Positions 9,767-19,045 of a DNA stretch of 64,000 nt are shown piece after piece. The notes beneath the pieces were generated by a model. It was given only the letters and a program-made list of their open reading frames with translations, was not told where the DNA came from and searched no databases. The position numbers were made by a program, and so were the translations under genes. Position 1 is the stretch's first letter, and every line of letters starts with the position of its first letter. The stretch lies in IMG/VR virus record IMGVR_UViG_3300045988_174992. The stretch is one strand, 5' to 3'. Source of the stretch: a virus.

Positions 9767-9906
9767 GTATTTATATCCTATAAAATATTAATAGTCAAAT
9801 ATTAAAAATAATTCAAATTTATATTTGACTATATCCAATTTACATAAATTATTTTTAATCAACAAATTGATAAATTTGACAAATACATTTTAAGTAAAAT
9901 ATAAAC

Positions 9907-12900
9907 ATGGCAATTCCAGTATATTTGCAGAACTTTAAGCATGCTGGCCTGTACAGAGTTGTTTTTGACAAATCAACCGTATTGAGTCAGGATACAAATG
10001 TTCTTCGTTTACTTGTTGGATATTCTGATAAGGGCCCATTCAACATTCCTACTTATATCCAAAGTGCTGCTGATTTTATCGCTATGTACGGTAATATCAA
10101 CAAGACACAAGAGCGTCGTGGTAATTTCTTCCACCGTACTGCTTTACAGATGTTGAGTGTATCTCCTATTCTTTGTTTGAACTTGAAGAAGTTTGATACA
10201 GAAAATGTTACAGGTGCTCAAATCAACACTAACTTCAATGCTAAGGATACTATTGATACTGTACAGATTCCAGTAGCAGATGTTTACGATACTACTCGTT
10301 TCTGGTCATTGGATCCAGAAAAGCTTAATGAAGTACGTGGATCAGAATATATCAATATCGCTACTACTGATGTAAAAGCTAATTCTGGTACTTTCTTCAT
10401 TCGTAAGGCTTCTGGTAGCAAAGTAAGTTCTTACAATGTTACAGTAAGTGATTGGTATAAGGATGCAGGTGAAGCTGTTCCTGAATTCCTTGAAGGTTAT
10501 GAAAATGAACTTATGTCAGCATTCTTTGCTGAAGTTTATGTATTCAGTGGTAAGTTTACTGCTGATCAAGTTCTTGCTTCTGAAACTTTAAAGAATTACT
10601 TTATTGTAGATAAGAACGGTAAATTGAAGCTTCGTCAATATGTAAAGGACAGCTTTGGTGACTATAACGATACTCTTGACTATCTCTTCGAAGATGAGAC
10701 AAGTGGTGCTATTGGTCATTATGTTGGTTGTTTGATCCCATATTTCAAGGATAAGAATGGCAACTATGCTTCTCTTGATATCATATTCAATCTTGATTCT
10801 GATGCACACCACATGATGATGAGCTTCAATGAAGATATGCTTTATGAATATGGTACGGCTAACATTGACATGTCAGGTGCTCGTTGGATCTCTACTTCAG
10901 ATTCTACTCCCGACGACAATACACATATAGAAATCGATGGTTCTGATGTTGGTCATAAACGTGCTAATATTTACAAGCAGTATGGTACTAGCATTGTTTG
11001 TATTGACAGACTTTGGAAGGGTACTGCTTTAACATCACTCCTTGGTAATGTTGATGCTCCGGTTGTTTCTGCCAAGACACATTTCCGTACAAACATCTGG
11101 TCAGATGAAGATACTATCAAGCATCCTCTTTCTTATAAGAAATCTAAGAAGATCAGTGGTAATATGTATGTTCAGTCTTGGACTAATACAACTATTACTT
11201 TAGGAGCTATTGGTAAATCCACTAAGGGTGAAACTCAACGTATCACTATTGATTTAAGCATGGTTTCTAATCCAAATGTAAACTATATCCTTTACGAACT
11301 TGGTGCTGCTTATAAGAAGACAGTTGGAGGTGTAACTTCGTATGTTCCATTTGAGTCAGGTCTTGGTACAGTTTACAAATCAACTGATGCTTATGACAAA
11401 CCAGAGAATACCAATGGTCCTAAGAAGGTAATTACTTCACTTTCTAGAGATTTGGATAGTGCAGATGATGATAAAGTTATCTTAAGTTCTGAAGTTGTTA
11501 AGTGTGATATTGAAGATGTTTACATTACTACAAAGACAGAATACCTCAATCCAGATACTTTAATTGATACAAATAATAAGTATGCTTCTTGGAATGTATA
11601 TGGTCCATCTGTTACATTCATCCCGTTGAATGAAAACTGGACACTTACAGCTGATGTATATGATGAAACAGATGAAGATGCGGTACATACCTATCATTTG
11701 ACAGCTCCTGCTACAGCTGATACTACTATTCTTGCTATGCTTCAGAAGGGTGATCAGTTCTTAGCTGTAGATGGTAAGATTGATATGGATGGTGATGGCG
11801 ACTATTCTGATGAGGTAAATAATGGTTACTATGACCTTTGCTATGTTCAGGAAACAGAAACTATTACAGATGAATATGGTAATCCAAAAGAGTATTCTAT
11901 AAAGTTCACTGGCAATATAGCTACTTATGAAGGTGCTAGTAAGTCAGATAAAGATGTAACTATTTCCAATAGTGAATATAACCTTCTTGATGCAACAGAT
12001 CAAGCAAAATATTCTCCTAAGAACTGGTTGGTTAGCTATAAGAAAACAGGTCCTAGAACTTTGACAGCTGAAGCTTATGATGCAGCAACAGATAAAACAG
12101 GATTTGTCGCATCTGCCATTGTATTCTCTAAGCAAGTTACAGCTTTAGAATATAATACAATCTTAAATGATACTGCACGTAGCATGTGTACTAAAAACTA
12201 TCATTATCATAAGATTGCAACATCAGATTCAAATAACGATAATATAACAGGTGCACGATATAAAACACTTTCTGAAACGGAAAAGAAAGAATATAAGTAT
12301 GTAGAACTTGATACTTGGACATTTGTCTATAATGATATCAAACAGTTACATGCATCAGACGCCGGCCTTAAGAAACCTATTCAAGTAACAACTTCTGATG
12401 GAGGACAATTCTATGTTGATGGTTTTGCTAATGATGATTTGAATGTAGGTAAGACTATCACTACAAATACTATTGGTTTGAAATATGATGGTACTGATAA
12501 AATCGGTTATTATGTTGCAACGTATACAAATCCAGCATTTAAGTTTGGTTCACAATTAGAAATACTTACCGATGCAGAATATCAGAATATCAAGCCAATT
12601 TCTGCAGAGAAATATAATGGTCTTACCGAAACAGAAAAAACAGCTTATAATAGTACTACAGCTAATTATACTGAAAATCGTGGTATTAAAAGTTCTGAAA
12701 CTCCAGGTCATTATTTGATTGGTTATTCTGAATTAGTAGCTAATACTAATGAATGGATCAAGACAGCAGCACAAAATGAAACAACTTATGGTAAGTATCT
12801 TGTTCGTATTGAAAATGGTTTGAACCAAGAGATTGGTACAATGGAACCTGTATACTTGAAGGGTTATACTTATGAACATCCAAAGCCAGATGGGGTTGGA

Positions 12901-13890
12901 CAACGTGCTAAGCTTGAATGGCAGAACTTCCAATTGTCAGCATTGACTGAATATAAAGGTCTTCGTACAGGTCTTTTGAATAAGTCAGAAATCGATTTCA
13001 GATATGTTATCGATGGTTTTGAAACTTATGTTGATGCTGGTGCTAAGAAGGTACTTTCTTATCTTGCTAAGCAGAAGCAAAATGCATTCGCCATTCTTAA
13101 CTTCCCTTCTGTTAAGACATTTGTAAAGTGCCCATACAGTTCATTTACTGATGCTAAGGGAGTATTCAATGTACAATATGTAATTGATGGATTCAATAAG
13201 AAGAAAGCTCATACAACGGCATTCTCTCTTCCATCAAATGATGAAGGCGCTAGCTTTGCAGCTTTCTATACTCCATTGAAGCTTTCTGATGGTACTATTG
13301 ATTCTGTTGTTCCATCTGCAGGTCTTGTATCTAACTTGTTCATGGAGAAGTACAATTCACGTCTTCCTTATGAAATTGTAGCTGGTCCTAACTACGGTGC
13401 AATGTCAGTATCTGGTCTTGTTGGTCCTGATTATAATTATAGTAGTGATGAACTCAACATAATTGAGCCTTTTGGTGTAAACTGTATGGTATACCGCCCA
13501 AGCTTTGGAACATTCATCAATGCTAACCAAACTGCTAAGCAGACACCTAAGTCAGCATTGAGTTCTGTTAACGTTCGTGAGTTGGTTATCTACATAATGG
13601 ATGAAGTTGAAAAGATTCTTCAGTCTTATCAGTGGGAGTTCAACAACCAGACTGTACGTAATAAGATTAAGGATCGTGCTGATTCTATCTGTGCTAGAGT
13701 TCAGGCTAATGGAGGTATTCAAGCTTACTTGAATGTCATGGATGACTCTAACAACACACCTGATATTATTGATAATGAGATGGCTATCTTGTCTACTCAT
13801 ATTGAACCAGGTCGTGGTATGGGTAAGATGGTACATGAGTTGACTCTGTATCGTACAGGTCAGATGAATTCTACTATTCTTGGAGAATAA
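9907..13890 (+). CDS. tail sheath protein with very large central insertion (1327 aa)
   Basis: Sheath-like N-terminus (AGLYRVVFD) and C-terminal domain (GVNCMVYRPSFGTFINANQT...LTLYRTGQ); lies between capsid and tube genes. Confidence 0.7.
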   Translation: MAIPVYLQNFKHAGLYRVVFDKSTVLSQDTNVLRLLVGYSDKGPFNIPTYIQSAADFIAMYGNINKTQERRGNFFHRTALQMLSVSPILCLNLKKFDTENVTGAQINTNFNAKDTIDTVQIPVADVYDTTRFWSLDPEKLNEVRGSEYINIATTDVKANSGTFFIRKASGSKVSSYNVTVSDWYKDAGEAVPEFLEGYENELMSAFFAEVYVFSGKFTADQVLASETLKNYFIVDKNGKLKLRQYVKDSFGDYNDTLDYLFEDETSGAIGHYVGCLIPYFKDKNGNYASLDIIFNLDSDAHHMMMSFNEDMLYEYGTANIDMSGARWISTSDSTPDDNTHIEIDGSDVGHKRANIYKQYGTSIVCIDRLWKGTALTSLLGNVDAPVVSAKTHFRTNIWSDEDTIKHPLSYKKSKKISGNMYVQSWTNTTITLGAIGKSTKGETQRITIDLSMVSNPNVNYILYELGAAYKKTVGGVTSYVPFESGLGTVYKSTDAYDKPENTNGPKKVITSLSRDLDSADDDKVILSSEVVKCDIEDVYITTKTEYLNPDTLIDTNNKYASWNVYGPSVTFIPLNENWTLTADVYDETDEDAVHTYHLTAPATADTTILAMLQKGDQFLAVDGKIDMDGDGDYSDEVNNGYYDLCYVQETETITDEYGNPKEYSIKFTGNIATYEGASKSDKDVTISNSEYNLLDATDQAKYSPKNWLVSYKKTGPRTLTAEAYDAATDKTGFVASAIVFSKQVTALEYNTILNDTARSMCTKNYHYHKIATSDSNNDNITGARYKTLSETEKKEYKYVELDTWTFVYNDIKQLHASDAGLKKPIQVTTSDGGQFYVDGFANDDLNVGKTITTNTIGLKYDGTDKIGYYVATYTNPAFKFGSQLEILTDAEYQNIKPISAEKYNGLTETEKTAYNSTTANYTENRGIKSSETPGHYLIGYSELVANTNEWIKTAAQNETTYGKYLVRIENGLNQEIGTMEPVYLKGYTYEHPKPDGVGQRAKLEWQNFQLSALTEYKGLRTGLLNKSEIDFRYVIDGFETYVDAGAKKVLSYLAKQKQNAFAILNFPSVKTFVKCPYSSFTDAKGVFNVQYVIDGFNKKKAHTTAFSLPSNDEGASFAAFYTPLKLSDGTIDSVVPSAGLVSNLFMEKYNSRLPYEIVAGPNYGAMSVSGLVGPDYNYSSDELNIIEPFGVNCMVYRPSFGTFINANQTAKQTPKSALSSVNVRELVIYIMDEVEKILQSYQWEFNNQTVRNKIKDRADSICARVQANGGIQAYLNVMDDSNNTPDIIDNEMAILSTHIEPGRGMGKMVHELTLYRTGQMNSTILGE

Positions 13891-13898
13891 AATACATT

Positions 13899-13922
13899 GA
13901 GGAAGTCCTTAAGGACTTCCTC
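13899..13922 (+). terminator. hairpin after the sheath gene (weak U-tail)
   Basis: GAGGAAGTCC-TTAA-GGACTTCCTC. Confidence 0.5.
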
Positions 13923-13964
13923 ATTCTAAGGAAAATAACAAAATCTTATATATAAGAAAGTTTT

Positions 13965-14648
13965 ATGCAGAAAATAACAGAAAATAAGCCTAACATTTAT
14001 TGGGGTGGATCAGTTGCTGCAACTACAGGTGATTTTGCTTCTCGTGGCCATGATGGCAAGACACATCTTCCTCATTTAATGAATACCAAGGCTGGTGCTA
14101 ATCGTCATGATCCAATGAACCGTGCTGTGTTTGAGGTATCATTCACACTTCCTACACAGTTGCAAGGTATGTTTGGTGCTGATGCTGCTACCATGACAGA
14201 ACAAGTTACAGATGTTGCTGGTTTGGATGCATTACAGAAGACAGTACAAGCTGGTTCACAGAAATTCTTTGGTGTTGATGTGAGCTTCTTGAACCCAACA
14301 TTAGATAACACTTATGCCGAAGTTACAGTAAACTTCAATTTGAACATTCGTTCTAAGTCAGATGCTTGGTTGCTTCGTATCTTCAAGGCTTGGGAAAAAC
14401 TTGGTTATGACCTTGCTGATGGTACTCGTACATTGAAGGCTGACTATGTTGCCGATGTAATGAGAATTGCAGAAGCTAATCGTGATGGTACTATTTACCG
14501 TGCTTATGTATTCCATGACACAATGATTACAAATGTAACAGGTCTTGATACATTAAACTATACTGATAATGAACCTGCAAAATTAAGTGTCACATTTAGA
14601 AGTGACTTCTGGGATGAGGACATGAGCACTGGTGAATCAAGCAACTAG
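13965..14648 (+). CDS. tail tube protein (gp19-like, by position)
   Basis: 227-aa ORF immediately after the sheath gene; ends at a bidirectional terminator; call is positional. Confidence 0.5.
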   Translation: MQKITENKPNIYWGGSVAATTGDFASRGHDGKTHLPHLMNTKAGANRHDPMNRAVFEVSFTLPTQLQGMFGADAATMTEQVTDVAGLDALQKTVQAGSQKFFGVDVSFLNPTLDNTYAEVTVNFNLNIRSKSDAWLLRIFKAWEKLGYDLADGTRTLKADYVADVMRIAEANRDGTIYRAYVFHDTMITNVTGLDTLNYTDNEPAKLSVTFRSDFWDEDMSTGESSN

Positions 14649-14673
14649 AAAAATCAATCCTGAAACAATAAAA

Positions 14674-14710
14674 ATGGTCGAGAGATATAATTTATCATCC
14701 CGACCATTTT
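14674..14710. terminator. bidirectional terminator between convergent tube and VWA genes
   Basis: ATGGTCG...CGACCAT stem flanked by AAAAA and TTTT. Confidence 0.55.
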
Positions 14711-14742
14711 CCGTTTCCTGTGTGACCCAGGCGCCATCCTGG
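14709..14742 (+). repeat. GC-rich hairpin repeat family, copy A (partial: core only)
   Basis: TTCCGTTTCCTGTGTGACCCAGGCGCCATCCTGG; 11 nt from the stop of the VWA gene. Confidence 0.8.
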
Positions 14743-14753
14743 TAAATTATAAT

Positions 14754-16604
14754 TTATTTTAACTTATCATAATTTTTTCTAACAATATTAGAAAATTTAA
14801 TCAATGCTTCTTTCATTCCTGATTTTGTATCAGATACACCTACCCAATTATCTCCATATAACTGATAATTGATTGATTTATATTCTTTTTCATTATTTTT
14901 GTACTGATAATCTGTTGAATTGATGCAAAGCAATCCAAATAATACATTTTGGGCTTTCCAATCATTGATAACTCTGATTAATGATGTTTTACTACTCAAA
15001 TACAAACTATCTGTAATATTCAAAAAGAATATTTTCTTATTTGTTTGTAGTTTAACATCTTTCAATATAGTATCATAAGACTTTGCATCATTTTGACTCA
15101 TTTGATGTAATCTATTTCCTAACTTATAAGGATTCTTATCTTTAGGTGTAATATATTTTACAATATTTTCACCATGTCCATAGATATATAAATCAATTCC
15201 ATCATAATTCTTCATTGCTTCATAAAAAATACAAGCAAGTTTTGATGCAACATTTCTAGCAGAATATTCACAGTTTTGAGGAAAACTCATTGATGCGGAT
15301 TCATCTATTGATATTACAAATGTATATTTAGGATCTGGGCTTTCTGATTTCTTCATAACCTTTCTATGATATACACAGTTTACTCCTTGGATTGCTTGTA
15401 CAAGATGTGAAGATATAAGTTGTCCGTTTCTATGGAATTTATCATCTTCTAATTCAATTTTCTTATTGTTAGGAATGATTATTTTCTTAGCAATATTTAT
15501 TTCTTCTGTTAGTTTAGAAACCATTTTCTTGTAAGCAACTACATCAGAACTATTTGGTTTTACAGCACCTATCTCTTTTGTTGCTCCTTTAAACAATTCA
15601 TCTAGCTTATTATCTGGTTTACCAAGAGTATCATTTTCTTGATTTACTGATTCTTTTGCCTTGTTGAATTTTTGTGATATCACATTATTTGATTTATTTC
15701 TTCCTTCACTTGTATTAGGAGAAAACAATCCATTTTGACCACAATTCTTGTCTTGGTTTGGATTACCTTCAGTTGATGAATTTCCTATCATACCAAGATT
15801 TGGCTTAGATAATTTTGAATTGAGATCATCTAACTTTACATATTTCTTGATTATTTCCATGGTATCAAGACATGCAACAACAGTATTTTTTGTAGGACTA
15901 TATTTGAATTGGCTTGGATCTTCAATCTTTACAATAACATTTTCATATATCTCATCTAGCATTGGACCAAATTCATCAATCCATTCTTTAGGAAATCTAT
16001 TTGAAAGATTTGAATTTCTAACCATATACAATACCATGAATTGCACAATATCTATCTTACTGTTAGAAAGAACAAGCTTCTTTACAGAATTGATGAATTT
16101 ATCTTCAGAAAAGTAATGTGACAACACATGGTTCAAGAAATACATCCATTGTGGTTTTCTGACACCTAACATTTCTTCAATACATTCATCTTCATATAAA
16201 TTATGAAGCCAATGAGCAATAGGATATTTTACCATTTTCAAATCATAGTTTTTGAAATCAGTAAAAGCACAATGGCATGCTTCATGACAAGCTAATCCCA
16301 TTTCAATATCCATACCATCATAAGCATCTTTATGCTCCTTCATTGGATTCATTCCAACAACAATATGTTTACCATCTGTATATGATGAATCAGAATTTTC
16401 TTTAGCAACTAACTGTGCGGAATTTTCTGTTACTTGATTGGAAACATAAAGTAAAGCTTGTGACATCAATGCTGCTGATGTCTTATAAGCTTCAATTTCC
16501 ATCTCTTTATATATGAACTTTGAAGATGGATTTATGCCAAACCTGTTAATAGTATAAGTTGGTCGGTTAGAAAACCATTTTGTATGTTTGAGAGTATATG
16601 TCAT
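14754..16604 (-). CDS. metallopeptidase-like + von Willebrand A domain protein (CobT/DUF2201-like)
   Basis: HExxH (HEACH) in the N-terminal half; MIDAS DxSxS (IDESASMS) in the C-terminal half; 616 aa. Confidence 0.6.
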   Translation of the reverse strand: MTYTLKHTKWFSNRPTYTINRFGINPSSKFIYKEMEIEAYKTSAALMSQALLYVSNQVTENSAQLVAKENSDSSYTDGKHIVVGMNPMKEHKDAYDGMDIEMGLACHEACHCAFTDFKNYDLKMVKYPIAHWLHNLYEDECIEEMLGVRKPQWMYFLNHVLSHYFSEDKFINSVKKLVLSNSKIDIVQFMVLYMVRNSNLSNRFPKEWIDEFGPMLDEIYENVIVKIEDPSQFKYSPTKNTVVACLDTMEIIKKYVKLDDLNSKLSKPNLGMIGNSSTEGNPNQDKNCGQNGLFSPNTSEGRNKSNNVISQKFNKAKESVNQENDTLGKPDNKLDELFKGATKEIGAVKPNSSDVVAYKKMVSKLTEEINIAKKIIIPNNKKIELEDDKFHRNGQLISSHLVQAIQGVNCVYHRKVMKKSESPDPKYTFVISIDESASMSFPQNCEYSARNVASKLACIFYEAMKNYDGIDLYIYGHGENIVKYITPKDKNPYKLGNRLHQMSQNDAKSYDTILKDVKLQTNKKIFFLNITDSLYLSSKTSLIRVINDWKAQNVLFGLLCINSTDYQYKNNEKEYKSINYQLYGDNWVGVSDTKSGMKEALIKFSNIVRKNYDKLK

Positions 16605-16635
16605 AACTTCAGTTCTTCTTAAAATTTACACCATA

Positions 16636-16664
16636 AATATAGAACAATCTTGATTTATTTCAAA
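16636..16664 (-). promoter_or_regulatory. phage consensus promoter
   Basis: AATATAGAACAATCTTGATTTATTTCAAA upstream of the VWA gene. Confidence 0.6.
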
Positions 16665-16692
16665 CTTGTTGGAAATGAATTTAGTACAAACA

Positions 16693-16726
16693 AAGGGAAT
16701 TTCAAACAAAAGTTCAAAATTCCCTT
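16693..16726 (-). terminator. hairpin terminator
   Basis: AAGGGAATT...AATTCCCTT 9-bp stem downstream of 16744-17049. Confidence 0.5.
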
Positions 16727-16743
16727 ATATTTATACTTATATT

Positions 16744-17049
16744 TTACATGCAACAAATATATCCATCTTCTGGACCAAACCAACAACTAGGGCTTTCCCA
16801 ATCATCTCTTCCATAATCAGAAACTCTTCTAAAGTAATCTGATTCTGCTATTTCTAATTCAGTTTCATTCAACTCGTCCTTAAAACCATCAATATTATCT
16901 AGACACCATTCAATATAACCATTCTTGTTTCTTGATGTGTTGTAATCATACACTTCTTTTATAGTATGTCCTTTAAACTTACCAAAAGTAAGTACTCGTT
17001 TAGGTTCATCAAATGGATTGTCACTTATTTCTAACTTAAGATATTTCAT
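16744..17049 (-). CDS. hypothetical protein, DUF3820-like
   Basis: FGKFKGHTIKEVYD...YIEWCL pattern; 101 aa. Confidence 0.45.
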   Translation of the reverse strand: MKYLKLEISDNPFDEPKRVLTFGKFKGHTIKEVYDYNTSRNKNGYIEWCLDNIDGFKDELNETELEIAESDYFRRVSDYGRDDWESPSCWFGPEDGYICCM

Positions 17050-17052
17050 AAT

Positions 17053-17697
17053 TTACATAGGTTTAGGATCATCATCCCAACTCATATTCTGATAAACTGC
17101 TGGTAAACATTCTTTATTTACATAAGCACCTCTACTTCCACCAGAAACCCAATATTTGTTAAATTGTCCATTCCATACATAGGGATGATGTTCTTTACCA
17201 TAATAGTCTTCTTCAAATCTAGTAGTATCTTCAACAAATACTTTTTCTGTATGACGATATGGATATCCTTCAAAAACACGATACTCTCCATTCTCATTTA
17301 CAGCAATATATGCTTGGTTATATCTATGTTGTACTACTTTATCATCATCTGATGGTTTGTTCAAATACTTATCAATATCAAATGCATTAGGACAATTGAT
17401 ATCTGAAAGGTATTTAATCAAATTAGGATCAATCTTGATAGTCTTCAAGTTATTGAAGTAATTTTCATTCAATTTGCTTGGTACCCCCATCTGCCATATC
17501 TTCAACTTACTAGCACTCTTAAGAAGATATTCATATTCTTCTTCATAACCGGGTGGTAATGTATCAGCATCCTTATACATTCTAGATAAGAAATGAAACA
17601 ATCTGCTTGCAAATGTATAATCAATTACAAAACCATAATTACTAATATATGGACATTGCAATTGTTCTTCTGGTATATTCTTTTCTTTATTGAACAT
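17053..17697 (-). CDS. hypothetical protein (214 aa)
   Basis: ORF only, tightly packed in operon. Confidence 0.6.
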   Translation of the reverse strand: MFNKEKNIPEEQLQCPYISNYGFVIDYTFASRLFHFLSRMYKDADTLPPGYEEEYEYLLKSASKLKIWQMGVPSKLNENYFNNLKTIKIDPNLIKYLSDINCPNAFDIDKYLNKPSDDDKVVQHRYNQAYIAVNENGEYRVFEGYPYRHTEKVFVEDTTRFEEDYYGKEHHPYVWNGQFNKYWVSGGSRGAYVNKECLPAVYQNMSWDDDPKPM

Positions 17698-17708
17698 GGA
17701 TAATTAAA

Positions 17709-18230
17709 TTAAACAGTTAAATATGCATAATAGTCTTTATATAGAGTTCCTACTTCTTTATCAAAAGTATATTCAATCAATTTCTTATGTAAAGTATCAA
17801 GCATCTGTACTTCAATACCACCTTTCAACAATAGAATCAATGGAGTAACATCTCTATACTCTTCTCTAAATACTACTCTCTTAATACCTGATTGAATAAT
17901 AAGCTTTGAACACTGCAAGCAAGGGCTCAATGAAACATAAGCTGTAGCACCTTTACACTGACCTTCTGAACACTTGGCACATTTAGCAATAGCATTAGAT
18001 TCAGCATGCAATACTTCATCATTTGTTACAAGATTGCCATTTTCGTCAAGATGTTCACATTCATTTGGAAATCCCTTTGGCATGCCATTATATCCTTGTG
18101 CAATAATCTGGTCATCGGAACTTACAATAATGCAACCAACCTTACTTCTTGTTGCAAAACTCAAATCCTTCAAACATGAAGCCATATTCATGTAAACGAT
18201 ATCATATTCTAGTCTTCTATTTTCTGTCAT
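17709..18230 (-). CDS. dCMP deaminase
   Basis: Cytidine/deoxycytidylate deaminase zinc motifs HAESNAI and PCLQCSKLI. Confidence 0.85.
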   Translation of the reverse strand: MTENRRLEYDIVYMNMASCLKDLSFATRSKVGCIIVSSDDQIIAQGYNGMPKGFPNECEHLDENGNLVTNDEVLHAESNAIAKCAKCSEGQCKGATAYVSLSPCLQCSKLIIQSGIKRVVFREEYRDVTPLILLLKGGIEVQMLDTLHKKLIEYTFDKEVGTLYKDYYAYLTV

Positions 18231-18245
18231 TGGATATTAAGTTAT

Positions 18246-18755
18246 TTAGTTTAACAATTTAACATATAATGATTCTTTTGTTTTCAATACCTTGTTAGGT
18301 TCTCTTGTCTTAGACATTTGACGTCTAAATTTGCTAGTTCCAGTATCATTAGTAATTTTTGTCCAACCATTACATTCCGGAAAACCTTCATCTCCTGCGG
18401 TACCACCATCAAAACTAACTAGCATATTGCAATCATTTGATGTTTCATTACACCAATTATAGAAATTTTTAAGGTTAAATTCATCAGAATTATAAATACC
18501 AGAAGCATTTTCATTAAGGAACATCTTATAAGGAGGATCCAAATAAATAGTAGAATTAGTTGGAATATATAATGAGTCATAAGAAGCATTGTTAAATTGA
18601 ACATTATATTTCTTAACCAATTCATTACACTTCATAATGATTTCTTTCTTGTTATCTGGGTGCATTCCAGGAACAACAGGCATACAAGCTGCATTGAATC
18701 CTTTCTTACCATATCTGACTAGTCCATTAAAATTAAATGCAAGCAATGTCATCAA
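18246..18755 (-). CDS. Dam-type (D12 class) N6-adenine DNA methyltransferase, N-terminally truncated fragment
   Basis: FNGLVRYGKKGFNA block and DPPY motif IV present. AdoMet-binding FxGxG region (~100 aa) missing. Frame is closed 15 codons upstream. Track start is TTG. Confidence 0.65.
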   Translation of the reverse strand: MMTLLAFNFNGLVRYGKKGFNAACMPVVPGMHPDNKKEIIMKCNELVKKYNVQFNNASYDSLYIPTNSTIYLDPPYKMFLNENASGIYNSDEFNLKNFYNWCNETSNDCNMLVSFDGGTAGDEGFPECNGWTKITNDTGTSKFRRQMSKTREPNKVLKTKESLYVKLLN

Positions 18756-18840
18756 TATCTGTAAATTTGATATCTGAATATTTTCTACTGTTCTTATATA
18801 TTACAAATCTTGCCATAATTATATTATTTTGTTCAGATAT

Positions 18841-18870
18841 AATATAGTATCAATTCTAAAAATTTCAAAA
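18841..18870 (-). promoter_or_regulatory. phage consensus promoter
   Basis: AATATAGTATCAATTCTAAAAATTTCAAAA upstream of the Dam fragment operon. Confidence 0.55.
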
Positions 18871-18937
18871 CAAATTTAAAAAATTTCTATGAAATAATGA
18901 ACATCTATTTCAGTTCTGTTCAAGAACTAAAGTTATG

Positions 18938-19031
18938 CACATAGGGAGCGGAAAATTTTCTCAGGTTATTAATTATACTCCTAAGTATTCTTCCGCTCCC
19001 TGTGTGACCCAGGCACATTCCTGGAGAATCC
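18938..19031 (+). repeat. GC-rich hairpin repeat family, copy B (complete)
   Basis: CACATAGGGAGCGGAA-37 nt-TTCCGCTCCCTGTGTG (16-bp stem), then ACCCAGGCACATTCCTGGAGAATCC; 14 nt from the stop of the gp52-like gene. Confidence 0.85.
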
Positions 19032-19045
19032 TATTTTATATTATC

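Noticed and set aside
9770-9906. Inverted repeat TAGTCAAATAT...ATATTTGACTA and AT-rich strings upstream of the sheath gene, as a possible late promoter or operator
   Set aside because: It is a single occurrence. No shared motif was found upstream of the other late genes, and low-complexity AT-rich sequence produces such palindromes by chance.
18938-19031. tRNA or tRNA fragment (GAGAATCC resembling a T-arm)
   Set aside because: There is no cloverleaf. It lacks the GTTCGAATC T-loop, a D-arm and an acceptor stem, and I found no tRNA-like sequence elsewhere in the window.
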